Positions 9,577 through 18,176 of a DNA stretch of 32,000 nucleotides are shown one piece after another. The first letter of the stretch is position 1, and each line of letters opens with the position of its first letter. This DNA is from Sulfolobus acidocaldarius DSM 639. GTDB lineage: Archaea > Thermoproteota > Thermoprotei_A > Sulfolobales > Sulfolobaceae. The notes under the pieces are model-generated. The model was given only the letters and a program-made list of their open reading frames with translations. It had not been told where the DNA came from and ran no database searches. The translations under genes were made by a program, and so were the position numbers. The stretch covers positions 1,350,001-1,382,000 of the forward strand of contig NC_007181.1 of NCBI RefSeq assembly GCF_000012285.1. Direction: 5' to 3'.

Positions 9577-10171
9577 TCCTACTCACCTGTACGAATGGTC
9601 CCTCAACACAGGCTATAACGCCCTTATATTCACACTCTCCGCAAACTCCTAATGTACAATTCATTTTAACCCATCTTAAATATACGAAAGAGTCAGATGG
9701 GAGCTTATGTAAGTCTTCCTTTGGAGCTGAAGATATTATCATATCGCCCTCTATTTTGTCTGTAGTCTCAAATTCCAGATCTTGACAGTTCTCGAGACAA
9801 TAAACTTTTACTTCCATTCCAAGCCTTTTCCCTACTTTTAAGGGATAGAGAATGTCTAAGTAATTCTTCTTATCTTTAATTATGCCCAAGAGCTTTTTCC
9901 CCTTATATTTTAAGGGTTTTCCCAAAGGTCCTTTCAGTAGAACTTTCTTCTTCTCCATAAATCTTTTCTGAAGTGTTGTAGAATCTATATACACCGTTAG
10001 TAAATTATTTTCGTAATCTGCAACTGTCAGGGGTATTTCTCTTTCTGAAGGAAATATGACACTTATAAATTGTCCAGGCAAAGGATCAATGGCAGACTGT
10101 ATTATTACTCTATAAGAGTTGTACTTATAGTCAGGTTCTACTTTTATAACTCTTGAATAGGTCAGGTTCAT
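9548..10171 (-). CDS. pyrK: PyrK-like iron-sulfur subunit of dihydroorotate dehydrogenase (short form, orf1)
   Basis: C-terminal [2Fe-2S] motif [23 protein letters not shown], as in PyrK. At only 207 aa it is clearly shorter than bacterial PyrK. Positioned between pyrI and pyrC. Confidence 0.75.
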   Translation of the reverse strand: MNLTYSRVIKVEPDYKYNSYRVIIQSAIDPLPGQFISVIFPSEREIPLTVADYENNLLTVYIDSTTLQKRFMEKKKVLLKGPLGKPLKYKGKKLLGIIKDKKNYLDILYPLKVGKRLGMEVKVYCLENCQDLEFETTDKIEGDMIISSAPKEDLHKLPSDSFVYLRWVKMNCTLGVCGECEYKGVIACVEGPFVQVSRIVDKRESVL

Positions 10172-10674
10172 TTATTATTTGCACCCAATATCTGGCTCAT
10201 TATCTCGTTCTCGTCAATTATTGTCTCACAATACTCACATCTCATTTTTAATGGTTTTTCCGTCAATGTTTTGAAAGTGGGAATAGCTTCCACATCATTA
10301 CTCGTTATGCAGTAAGGATTTGGACATTTCAGTATTCCCTTTACCACCTTAGGAACCTCTAACTTGGTTTTCTTTACAACCTCATACTCCCTAACTATAT
10401 TAATTGTAGCTGTTGGTGCTATTAATGTAATAAGGTTAGCTTCTGTATCACTTATCTCTTTATCTTCTATCTTTACAATATCCTTCTTACCCATTTTCTT
10501 GCTATCAACATTTATAACTAATGCAATTCTAAATCCTTCATGTCCCTTTATACCTAAGACATTAAGTACTGCGAATGCTCTTCCTGCCGGTATGTGGTCT
10601 ATGACTGTACCGTTCTTTATTTTACTTACCATTAGTTCCTTTCTATTACCTTGGATCTCCATTTCACTCACCAT
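10168..10674 (-). CDS. pyrI: Aspartate carbamoyltransferase regulatory subunit
   Basis: [16 protein letters not shown] (allosteric domain) and Zn domain CPNPYCITS...RCEYCE. Confidence 0.93.
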   Translation of the reverse strand: MVSEMEIQGNRKELMVSKIKNGTVIDHIPAGRAFAVLNVLGIKGHEGFRIALVINVDSKKMGKKDIVKIEDKEISDTEANLITLIAPTATINIVREYEVVKKTKLEVPKVVKGILKCPNPYCITSNDVEAIPTFKTLTEKPLKMRCEYCETIIDENEIMSQILGANNK

Positions 10675-11563
10675 AAATCTTAGTAAGTATGCTCATTCTT
10701 ACGGGTACACCGTAAGAGGCTTGTTCAAAATACTTTGCCTTAGTAGTCTTGTCCACTTTTCTGTCAATCTCATTAACTCTAGGAAGAGGGTGTAATATTA
10801 TAGAATCTTTCTTCATTTTATTTGCTAAGTCTAGACTAACAATGTAACTTCCTTTTATCTTTTCGTATTCCATTTCATCTACAAATCTTTCCTTTTGTAT
10901 CCTGGTTACGTATAAAACGTCAACTTCGTTTATTACTTCAAATGGATTCTCTACTTCTTTAACGGGATAGTTTAACTCGTCAAGTATCTCCTTTCGAGCT
11001 CTTAACAATTGAGGCGAAATTAGATAAACTAACTTTGGTCTAAACCTTGTTAGTATACGAAGCAGACTATTTACTGTTCTAGCGTATTTTAGGTCTCCTA
11101 GAAGCGCAAAAACTAACCCATCAATTGTATTAAAGTGCTTATTTATTGTGTAAATGTCTATTACAGCCTGGGTAGGATGCTCGTGCTTACCATCTCCTGC
11201 ATTAATGACTGGTATATCTGATATTTCTGATGCAAATCTAGACGCACCATCGTATTTATGTCTCATTACAATACCGTCAGAATAGTTATTCAACATTCTT
11301 ATTGTATCCGCTAGATTCTCTCCTTTAGCAACTGAGGTTGATTCCTCTCCGCTGAACCCTATTACATCTCCTCCTAGATTGATTATTGCCTTTTGGAAAC
11401 TTAGATATGTACGTGTACTAGGCTCAAAGAAAGCTATGGATATTGTCTTACCACTAAGTATTTTTCTGGTATCATTTAGATTTTTACTATACTTATCTGT
11501 TAGGGCAAATATGTCCTCTAGCTCATCACGAGAAAAATTATACGCCGAAATTATATGTTTCAA
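10664..11563 (-). CDS. pyrB: Aspartate carbamoyltransferase catalytic subunit
   Basis: [15 protein letters not shown] and HPLPR signatures. The start codon is TTG (complement of 11561-11563), with no in-frame ATG nearby. Confidence 0.95.
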   Translation of the reverse strand: MKHIISAYNFSRDELEDIFALTDKYSKNLNDTRKILSGKTISIAFFEPSTRTYLSFQKAIINLGGDVIGFSGEESTSVAKGENLADTIRMLNNYSDGIVMRHKYDGASRFASEISDIPVINAGDGKHEHPTQAVIDIYTINKHFNTIDGLVFALLGDLKYARTVNSLLRILTRFRPKLVYLISPQLLRARKEILDELNYPVKEVENPFEVINEVDVLYVTRIQKERFVDEMEYEKIKGSYIVSLDLANKMKKDSIILHPLPRVNEIDRKVDKTTKAKYFEQASYGVPVRMSILTKIYGE

Positions 11564-11634
11564 TAACGCCCTTAAATAAGGTTAGTCTAAAATTATATTT
11601 AAAGTCTTTTGCCTTCAGTTTAAATAGGGTTAAA
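11564..11634. promoter_or_regulatory. Divergent pyrB/pyrE promoter-control region
   Basis: 71-bp AT-rich spacer between divergent first genes. It has a central TATA-like AAATTATATTTAAAG (11589-11603) and a 13-nt direct repeat TTAAATA(A/G)GGTTA at 11572-11584 and 11620-11632. Confidence 0.6.
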
Positions 11635-12228
11635 ATGGATTTCGTGAAAGCTCTACTTGATAAAAAATTGCTTTTGATAGGAAATTTTATGTTAACATCA
11701 GGTAAAGTTAGCCCCTATTACCTAGATTTAAGGAAACTCCCCAACCATCCTGACATATTTTCATTCGTCGTTAGTTCTGCAGTCGACATAGTAAAAGGTA
11801 TTAATTTTGATATGATATTGGGAGTTGTTACTGGGGGCGTTCCATTTGCCTCATTTATTGCTTGTAAGTTGAATAAACCTATGGGATACATCAGAGCTGA
11901 GAAAAAGGGTCACGGCACTGAAAGATTGTTGGAAGCTGACGTAGATGGTAAGAAGGTAATCGTTGTAGATGATGTAGCTACTACTGGTGGTTCAATTCTT
12001 AAAGCAGTGGAGGAGGTAAGGAAAGCTGGAGGTAAAGTTGAACATGCTCTAGTTATAGTCGATAGAGAAGAAGGAGCTTTTGAAAAATTAGAAAGTGTAG
12101 GTATAAGGTTATTGTCAGTATATAAGGTAAGCGAAATACTGAATTCTCTAATTAAGTCAAATCTCGTCGCTGAGAATGAAAAAAAGCTCATATCTGATTA
12201 TATGGTGAAAAATATTGGAAAAAGCTAG
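11635..12228 (+). CDS. pyrE: Orotate phosphoribosyltransferase
   Basis: [16 protein letters not shown] and PRPP loop [13 protein letters not shown]. Confidence 0.95.
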   Translation: MDFVKALLDKKLLLIGNFMLTSGKVSPYYLDLRKLPNHPDIFSFVVSSAVDIVKGINFDMILGVVTGGVPFASFIACKLNKPMGYIRAEKKGHGTERLLEADVDGKKVIVVDDVATTGGSILKAVEEVRKAGGKVEHALVIVDREEGAFEKLESVGIRLLSVYKVSEILNSLIKSNLVAENEKKLISDYMVKNIGKS

Positions 12229-12874
12229 AATAATTTTAGCTTTAGATAAGATTTTGCCTATAAACTTACTAAAGGATTTCACTACCCATATAAACAAAAT
12301 AAAAATTAGCTATGTAACATTGCTAGAAGGAGGTCTTGGTTATCTTAAAGATATTAGGAAATTGGACTGGGACGAGATAATTTTTGATTTAAAGTTAGCT
12401 GATATAGACTCTACCATGATATCTATTGTGAAAAATCTAGAGCAATTTGCAGACTCTTATATATCCCACTCATTCATAGGTTATGAAGGAGCTCTAGATA
12501 AATTGAAAAACTATCTTGACAGTAGGAACAAAGGATTGTATCTAGTTCTTTCAATGTCCCATAAAGGATGGAATGACGATTATTATAAGTACTTGAAAAG
12601 TATAGTCAATGTGACAAAACCTAAAGGAATAGTTGTAGGTGCCACTAAGCCTTTAATGCTCAAGTTAGCGAGATCAGATTTTCCAAATACCATAATTATT
12701 TCTCCTGGTGTTGGTGTCCAAGGTGCCAAAATAGGTGAGGCAATATGTAATGGTGCTGATTATGAAATAATTGGAAGGAGTATTTATGACTCTGGAGAGC
12801 CTTTAAAAACGCTAATAGAATTTATTGATAATCAGAAGGTAACAATAAATGAGTGTAAAGTTCGGCAAACATGA
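12215..12874 (+). CDS. pyrF: Orotidine 5'-phosphate decarboxylase
   Basis: [14 protein letters not shown] (DxKxxD), SPGVGVQG and IIGRSIY. TTG start at 12215 with GGTGA at 12204-12208. 14-nt overlap with pyrE. Confidence 0.9.
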   Translation: MEKARIILALDKILPINLLKDFTTHINKIKISYVTLLEGGLGYLKDIRKLDWDEIIFDLKLADIDSTMISIVKNLEQFADSYISHSFIGYEGALDKLKNYLDSRNKGLYLVLSMSHKGWNDDYYKYLKSIVNVTKPKGIVVGATKPLMLKLARSDFPNTIIISPGVGVQGAKIGEAICNGADYEIIGRSIYDSGEPLKTLIEFIDNQKVTINECKVRQT

Positions 12875-13505
12875 TAAGAACCAATTAAGCGAGGAACTGG
12901 CTAGGATATCTGAAATGATAGATAAGGCTGAAGAGATACACGAAGAGACCGGTGAAGTTCCCACAACAGATTTGGTTAATTTGTATACCCTGTCAGGATA
13001 CTACGAATCTAAAGTGGGGAAAGGCAATTACACTTATTATCATCTTTATTCAGTATTTGCAGAGAAATATGTAAACTTCATTAGAACTACCATGAGTGAG
13101 TATGCAAGGTCTACTAAGGAGACTGAAATAGAGTATATTAATATATTGCTGGATGATGGATACTTTCTGATTCTTGAGGGCGAAGAGGATAAGGTTGTTT
13201 TACCACATCCCTCAGCTCTTGCCTCTACTCATACGCATCCAGGCATCTGTTTCTTCTCTCATAAGGATTTAGAGACAGCAGATTTTCTATTTATGCGAAA
13301 TTATCTAGCTGTAGGTGTGACTTCAAATGAGTGTGCTTTAATCCTCTTTAGAAATGGTGTGTATACTTTAGAGGATAAGTCAGAACTTGAGTCATTAAGT
13401 AAACAAGTTAAAAAAGTTAAAACATTTCAGGAATTACTTAATGTTTACTCGAATTCCTCTAAAAAATTCACAAATCTTAAATTACTCTTCACTCAGTTTG
13501 CTTAG
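12849..13505 (+). CDS. Hypothetical protein (orf8 of the pyrEF wing) with a JAMM/MPN+-like metal-binding signature
   Basis: 218 aa, overlapping pyrF by 26 nt. STHTHPGICFFSHKDL (H128, H130, S137, D140; nt 13230-13268) resembles HxHx7SxxD, but with a 6-residue spacer. Confidence 0.6.
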   Translation: MSVKFGKHDKNQLSEELARISEMIDKAEEIHEETGEVPTTDLVNLYTLSGYYESKVGKGNYTYYHLYSVFAEKYVNFIRTTMSEYARSTKETEIEYINILLDDGYFLILEGEEDKVVLPHPSALASTHTHPGICFFSHKDLETADFLFMRNYLAVGVTSNECALILFRNGVYTLEDKSELESLSKQVKKVKTFQELLNVYSNSSKKFTNLKLLFTQFA

Positions 13506-14499
13506 CCAATAGATCTATAGTAGCCTCAGCAATATCCATTGAATATCTTGTTACCCTTCTTATTGAGTCTAACACTATTAACGTGGAACTATCGTCCTTT
13601 AAACTGTGAAAGTTCATAATAACGTTTTCTGAGAGTTTACTATTAGTATCTAATGTCTCAAATCCCTTATTTATAACATCATGGGCTCTCTTTCGGTCTC
13701 TATTGGAAAAAGCTGAAAATGACGTTTTGTAGAGTTCGATCACTGACATACCGTGGTTGTATACGGTTTCGTTGTTTAACCTCTCTATGGATTGAGTCTG
13801 TTCAGCTATTCGTATTGCATGATCTGATACTCTCTCTATAGACTTAGCTATTGATGAGATATCAGTAAGCTGAGTGAGATTGAACTTCTCCTCATCAAGT
13901 ATATCTGGATATTCGACTGATAACGAGAGTTGTCTTATGGTATAGAAGAAAAACCTATCCACGTCATCATCTCTATTTCTTATCTCCTTGGATAACTCCT
14001 TGTCTCCTTTTTGTAACCCATTTAATGCGTCTCTAAACATGTTATAGGATATATTGAATGCTCTTCCTAATGATTTAGTTATGGATAAATCTTTTTCATT
14101 GACCAGGAATTGAATAGATATATTATTCGAGCTTTCGTCTATAACTTCAGCACCTAAAAGTCTATTTCTTACTAATTCTTTTATCTTCTCCTTCTCCATT
14201 GTATTAAACTTGTTACAATAAACGTCAACCAATGAGTATCCTGCCATGTAATACGCTATAATTTCTCTCACTAAGAACGAGATATCAGCTCCTTCACAGT
14301 TCATAGTTATACTTCTCTCTTTCTTATCTGTATCATTCCCAGCTCTAGGACTAAGAATTAGTCTCATTTGCCTGTCCTCAGCAATTTCGACTTCATCTCC
14401 TGGTTTGAGAGAATGTTGCTTAACCCATCCTTTAGGTAACGAGATAATATATGTTGAGCCTCCAGTTAATTGAATCCTCCTAACTATAGGTTTACTCAT
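13489..14499 (-). CDS. AbrB/SpoVT-domain plus PhoU-domain protein (phosphate uptake regulator-like)
   Basis: N-terminal swapped-hairpin motif RRIQLTGGSTYIISLPKGWVKQHSLKPGDEVEI (AbrB/SpoVT), followed by two helical PhoU-like repeats (RDDDVDRFFFY..., ERVSDHAIRIAE...). Confidence 0.8.
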   Translation of the reverse strand: MSKPIVRRIQLTGGSTYIISLPKGWVKQHSLKPGDEVEIAEDRQMRLILSPRAGNDTDKKERSITMNCEGADISFLVREIIAYYMAGYSLVDVYCNKFNTMEKEKIKELVRNRLLGAEVIDESSNNISIQFLVNEKDLSITKSLGRAFNISYNMFRDALNGLQKGDKELSKEIRNRDDDVDRFFFYTIRQLSLSVEYPDILDEEKFNLTQLTDISSIAKSIERVSDHAIRIAEQTQSIERLNNETVYNHGMSVIELYKTSFSAFSNRDRKRAHDVINKGFETLDTNSKLSENVIMNFHSLKDDSSTLIVLDSIRRVTRYSMDIAEATIDLLAKQTE

Positions 14500-14521
14500 A
14501 CTCTATTTTCACTATATAGTT

Positions 14522-15031
14522 TTAAATCTCAATTTTATAGTTTTCTTTAAGCTCCTTCTTAGCCACATCCTCAGCTTCTTTAAGTAGTTGTCTAGCTTCC
14601 TCTTTCACGTTAATTTGGGGACTCTGCTGAACAGTGTTGGGAGCTATATAGACTGTCCTTATAGTCTCAATAATTTCATCAATTATAGGGGAAAACTCTA
14701 TAGATGCTCCTAATTGTCCCTTTAACTCGTTCAATGCCTCTACCAGTGGAGATAGGTAGGTAACTACATTCCCTAAAATTATCAATGTTTCCAGCCTTAT
14801 TTCAAGAATTTCTAATAGAATTTTTAGTTGAACCAAAGTTACTATGTATTTCCTCGTAAGCTCTGTTTCCTTAATGTATTCTTTACTGAGCAAAGGAAAT
14901 CTACCTATGTTTGACAGCGACAATCTTTCTAGCGCTTTGTTTCTATTCTCAGCTTTACTTATCCACATATCGATTTTATACTTAGCCATACGAATGTCAG
15001 TGAGTAATTCAGCAATCGTCCTTTTCTTCAC
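14522..15031 (-). CDS. cdvB3: ESCRT-III (Snf7/CdvB-family) paralog, probable CdvB3
   Basis: 169 aa, all-helical, with a basic N-terminus and acidic C-terminus. The core LEIRLETLIILGNVVTYLSPLVEALNELKGQLG aligns by eye with the CdvB segment [34 protein letters not shown]. It lacks a C-terminal winged helix. GTG start. Remembered locus order places CdvB3 four genes after pyrE. Confidence 0.75.
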   Translation of the reverse strand: MKKRTIAELLTDIRMAKYKIDMWISKAENRNKALERLSLSNIGRFPLLSKEYIKETELTRKYIVTLVQLKILLEILEIRLETLIILGNVVTYLSPLVEALNELKGQLGASIEFSPIIDEIIETIRTVYIAPNTVQQSPQINVKEEARQLLKEAEDVAKKELKENYKIEI

Positions 15032-15255
15032 AAGTATCTTCTTTTAATCCCAGCATTTAAGAATATTTTGACCTCTAAAAATTGGTTTAGTAACCCTTTT
15101 ATTGACCATTTCGATCTTGTCTATAAGTAGCTCTGAGGGAATATAGGCGGATTTAAACGTTCAAAAACTAGTTTTTCCTTTTCAAGGGTGTAACTCTAAT
15201 ACTAAGCTGGGCTCTTCTTATTGATTTCGTAATCCCTGCACTAACCCTTACAGCT

Positions 15256-15660
15256 TCACTGCTCGTTACTGTTTCTATTCTGTACGAAATTTTTAAGTTG
15301 TTGCAATATGTATATTACATCCTTATCTAGTTCTTTAAATCTCTCTAAATCACATAGACTTAGATACTCTAGTTCAGTATAAACTCCTATCTTCTCCTTT
15401 ATATCCTTCATCGAAATGGACAGATCTAGAAATAACTTAACTATGTACTCACCTTTTTCACACTTTCTTAATATAAGGCTAAGAAGACCGAGATCCAGGA
15501 GTCTTTTCCTTTTGTTCTTCCCTGTTAATATTACTCTTACTCCTATAGGTATCTCTCTTCTTAAGTCGTCTATTTTTATTTCATTTTCATTAAGATAAAT
15601 TATCGCATTCTCTTCTTTAATGAAATTTATCGAGTATATCCATAAATACTTTATATGCAT
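15256..15660 (-). CDS. Hypothetical protein (134 aa)
   Basis: ORF with purine-rich coding strand and no recognisable motif. The start is uncertain because ATG 15660 is only 20 bp from the divergent taw3 ATG. Confidence 0.45.
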   Translation of the reverse strand: MHIKYLWIYSINFIKEENAIIYLNENEIKIDDLRREIPIGVRVILTGKNKRKRLLDLGLLSLILRKCEKGEYIVKLFLDLSISMKDIKEKIGVYTELEYLSLCDLERFKELDKDVIYILQQLKNFVQNRNSNEQ

Positions 15661-15680
15661 ATTGGATAAAAAGCGTAAGC

Positions 15681-16313
15681 ATGACTAGTTGGGAGGAATA
15701 TAAGGCTAAAGCTTGGGAGAGGATAAACAGAGACAAGGAGATAGGTTATCTAGACCCTGATATATATGATATTTTAAAAGCGTTCTTCTCAAGGCAGAAG
15801 TCTTATACACAGAGCAGTTGCAGTGGTAGAATTAGTATAATAGATGCTAAATTACCTTGGGAAAGGAGAGACTCCACGGTAGTATTTAAAGATCATTTAA
15901 AATTTTCGGTAGAAGATCTATATGATGTTTTAGATAAGGGAATTGTACGAAGGCTTTGGCTCATTGTTCAAGGACCTATTATTCATGTTTACACTAAGGA
16001 TATGGAGGAAGCATTAAACGTTCTAAAACTTGCTAGGGACGTTGGTTTTAAACATAGTGGGATTTTATCCTTTAACGATAAAGGAATTTTAGTGGAACTA
16101 AGGACAGGTGTCAAGATGGTTCATTTACTTAAGCCTAATCTTCCAGAAGAGGAAGCAAAACATTTGGTAGAAGTTTCTTTAGAAATCCTGAACAAGGGAA
16201 AGGAAAAATTAAACAATTTAAGGAATATAGTGGAGTTATCTGTAGCTAATGATTCTATGAAGTTGGGGGAGGACTCTAAACTGGACACCAAATTCCATTA
16301 CAGAATCAGCTAA
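15681..16313 (+). CDS. taw3: tRNA wyosine-derivative methyltransferase Taw3 (TYW3 family)
   Basis: Family signature YTQSSCSGRISI, plus WLIVQGPIIHV and GFKHSGI. The last 26 codons overlap the convergent queE. Confidence 0.8.
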   Translation: MTSWEEYKAKAWERINRDKEIGYLDPDIYDILKAFFSRQKSYTQSSCSGRISIIDAKLPWERRDSTVVFKDHLKFSVEDLYDVLDKGIVRRLWLIVQGPIIHVYTKDMEEALNVLKLARDVGFKHSGILSFNDKGILVELRTGVKMVHLLKPNLPEEEAKHLVEVSLEILNKGKEKLNNLRNIVELSVANDSMKLGEDSKLDTKFHYRIS

Positions 16314-16871
16314 CTCCTTTAAGGCATTTACATAATCGTTCCTTCTTCCATCAGGCTGGAGTAGAACTTTTCTGTGATCTATCCTGTTTTCTTCTACAAA
16401 TTTTATTACTTCCGGTATATCGGTCTTGGGATTAACTATAACAAATTTATAGTAGGTAGCCCAGTCGTCGTCCTTAAAGTTGTACTTTAACCTATAACCA
16501 GCATTACTCAATTTAGGGGATACAGAGAAAACGTCTACTAGTTCCATTAATTTCTGGTTAGGCTTTATAGTTCCACTAGTTTCTACTACTATCCTCTGCT
16601 CTAGTTTTTTTAACTCTTCAGCTAAGGGGATTATGTCTTGTAGAAGGGGTTCTCCACCTGTTATTGTAGTGGTCTTTACCGAGACGTTAATTTTCGAGAT
16701 AATCTCCTGAATACTTAACTCTTTACCATCATATTTATGCCAAGAGTACTTGGTATCACACCATATGCAACGCATATGACATCCTGCTAATCTAACGAAG
16801 TTAGACGGTGTACCAATTACTTCTCCTTCTCCCTGAATCGATGTGAATATCTCAATTATCCAATACTTCAC
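16236..16871 (-). CDS. queE: 7-carboxy-7-deazaguanine synthase (radical SAM)
   Basis: IFTSIQGEGEVIGTPSNFVRLAGCHMRCIWCDTKY (CxxxCxxC with the QueE-type upstream QGEG) and C-terminal RVLPQLH. Confidence 0.88.
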   Translation of the reverse strand: MKYWIIEIFTSIQGEGEVIGTPSNFVRLAGCHMRCIWCDTKYSWHKYDGKELSIQEIISKINVSVKTTTITGGEPLLQDIIPLAEELKKLEQRIVVETSGTIKPNQKLMELVDVFSVSPKLSNAGYRLKYNFKDDDWATYYKFVIVNPKTDIPEVIKFVEENRIDHRKVLLQPDGRRNDYVNALKELADSVMEFGVQFRVLPQLHRIISYR

Positions 16872-17841
16872 TCTGTTTCGATAATAGTTTAAGAGCGTAG
16901 TTTAAAAGTTCATTTATTCCAGTGTTCTTCTCTGCACTTATTTCAAAAATTTGCTCATTTTTTATTTCATTTTTTATAGCGTTATAAAGTTCCTCATTTA
17001 GGTCATCAATCTTATTAATTACTGGAATGACCACTTTTCCTAAGCCCATTATTTCTCTATATAGATCAAGTTGTTCCTTATAAGTATACATTGATGAGTT
17101 TGATGCGTCAAATAAGAACAGGATTATGCCATTTAAGTTCTTAATCGCATTAATAGCCTTTAACTCCACCACGTTTCTGTCTTTCATAGGTCTATCTAAG
17201 ATCCCTGGCGTATCTATAACTTGGACAGTTAATATACCAGACGTTATATGTCCAACATGTATCTCCTTGGTGGTAAATGGGTATGATGCTATCTCAGGTT
17301 TAGCTGAGGATATTTTACTCACTAGGCTACTTTTACCAACATTGGGTGGTCCTGCAACTATTATTGTCGGCAAATAGGGATCGATGGTCTGTAATTTCTT
17401 TAATTCCTTCGAAATTCTAATTACTAAGTCAATACACTCCTTCCTCTTCCTCAGTACGGAGAAGACTCTTCCAACGTATTGTCTCATATATTTATTTGGT
17501 CTATTTTGTGGATCCCTCTTTATGAGTGAGATATATTCATCTGAGAGTTTCTCAGCTAATAATACACTTTTCCTAATTGCAGACAGGCATCTTTGAAAAT
17601 GTCCTATATCTCCTGAAGTTATTTCCAAAAGTTCTCTATAGAATGGGTGAAGATCACTTATTTTTGGAAAAGTGTCTAAAAAAACACGATATTTCCTAAC
17701 TTGTTCCACAACATATTTTATTCTCCTTATTTCTCTGTCCTTCGGAGTATTTCCATTGATTTTTGGAATTCTGTTAAGGATTGTTTTTATAACTGTTTCA
17801 GGATCATTTGGTATTGAAATTTTCTCAAAAGGATTCAACAT
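16852..17841 (-). CDS. NOG1-type GTP-binding protein
   Basis: G1 GPPNVGKSS, G3 DTPGILDRP and G4 NKIDD, preceded by an N-terminal helical domain of about 150 aa as in Nog1-family GTPases. Confidence 0.85.
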   Translation of the reverse strand: MLNPFEKISIPNDPETVIKTILNRIPKINGNTPKDREIRRIKYVVEQVRKYRVFLDTFPKISDLHPFYRELLEITSGDIGHFQRCLSAIRKSVLLAEKLSDEYISLIKRDPQNRPNKYMRQYVGRVFSVLRKRKECIDLVIRISKELKKLQTIDPYLPTIIVAGPPNVGKSSLVSKISSAKPEIASYPFTTKEIHVGHITSGILTVQVIDTPGILDRPMKDRNVVELKAINAIKNLNGIILFLFDASNSSMYTYKEQLDLYREIMGLGKVVIPVINKIDDLNEELYNAIKNEIKNEQIFEISAEKNTGINELLNYALKLLSKQSEVLDN

Positions 17842-18176
17842 ACTTTCGTTCCTGCGGGAGTTTCCCCGTCTACAGTTAATATCTTAGGTTTTATTCCTTT
17901 TGCTTCATCTTCTTTACATCCAGCAGCTAGTATCATTCCCTGACTTTCAAATCCCCTTATTTTTCTAGGCTTCAAATTTACTATGACAACAACCTTTTTA
18001 CCCAATAGCTCCTGTGGTGTATAATACTCTGCGATTCCGCTTATTATCTGCCTAGTTTCAGTTCCTAGGTCTACAATTAACTTTAGTAATTTAGTTCCTT
18101 CTATCCTCTCAGCTTCTTTAACTATCCCCACTCGAAGATCCATTTTTGCGAAGTCGTCTATTGTTATCTCGCTCAT
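17835..18176 (-). CDS. tRNA-binding domain protein (Trbp111/CsaA/EMAP-II-like OB fold)
   Basis: DLRVGIVKEAERIEGTKLLKLIVDLG...ISGIAEYY...NLKPRKIRGFESQGMILAA is the tRNA_bind domain signature. Confidence 0.85.
   Translation of the reverse strand: MSEITIDDFAKMDLRVGIVKEAERIEGTKLLKLIVDLGTETRQIISGIAEYYTPQELLGKKVVVIVNLKPRKIRGFESQGMILAAGCKEDEAKGIKPKILTVDGETPAGTKVC

Noticed and set aside
10364-10795. A 143-aa plus-strand ORF antisense to the pyrI/pyrB junction, with a hydrophobic, membrane-protein-like translation.
   Set aside because: It lies entirely opposite two well-supported genes. Its strand is pyrimidine-rich, whereas real genes here are purine-rich on the coding strand. The Leu/Ser/Ile/Phe-rich low-complexity translation is the expected artefact of reading such genes backwards.
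15061-15255. A degraded gene or hidden small ORF in the long cdvB3-upstream spacer.
   Set aside because: All six frames are broken by frequent stops. The longest minus-strand open stretch is 27 codons with no start codon, and the only ATG-initiated peptide is 21 aa with no motif. There is no evidence for coding, so only the palindrome and spacer length are kept as an observation.
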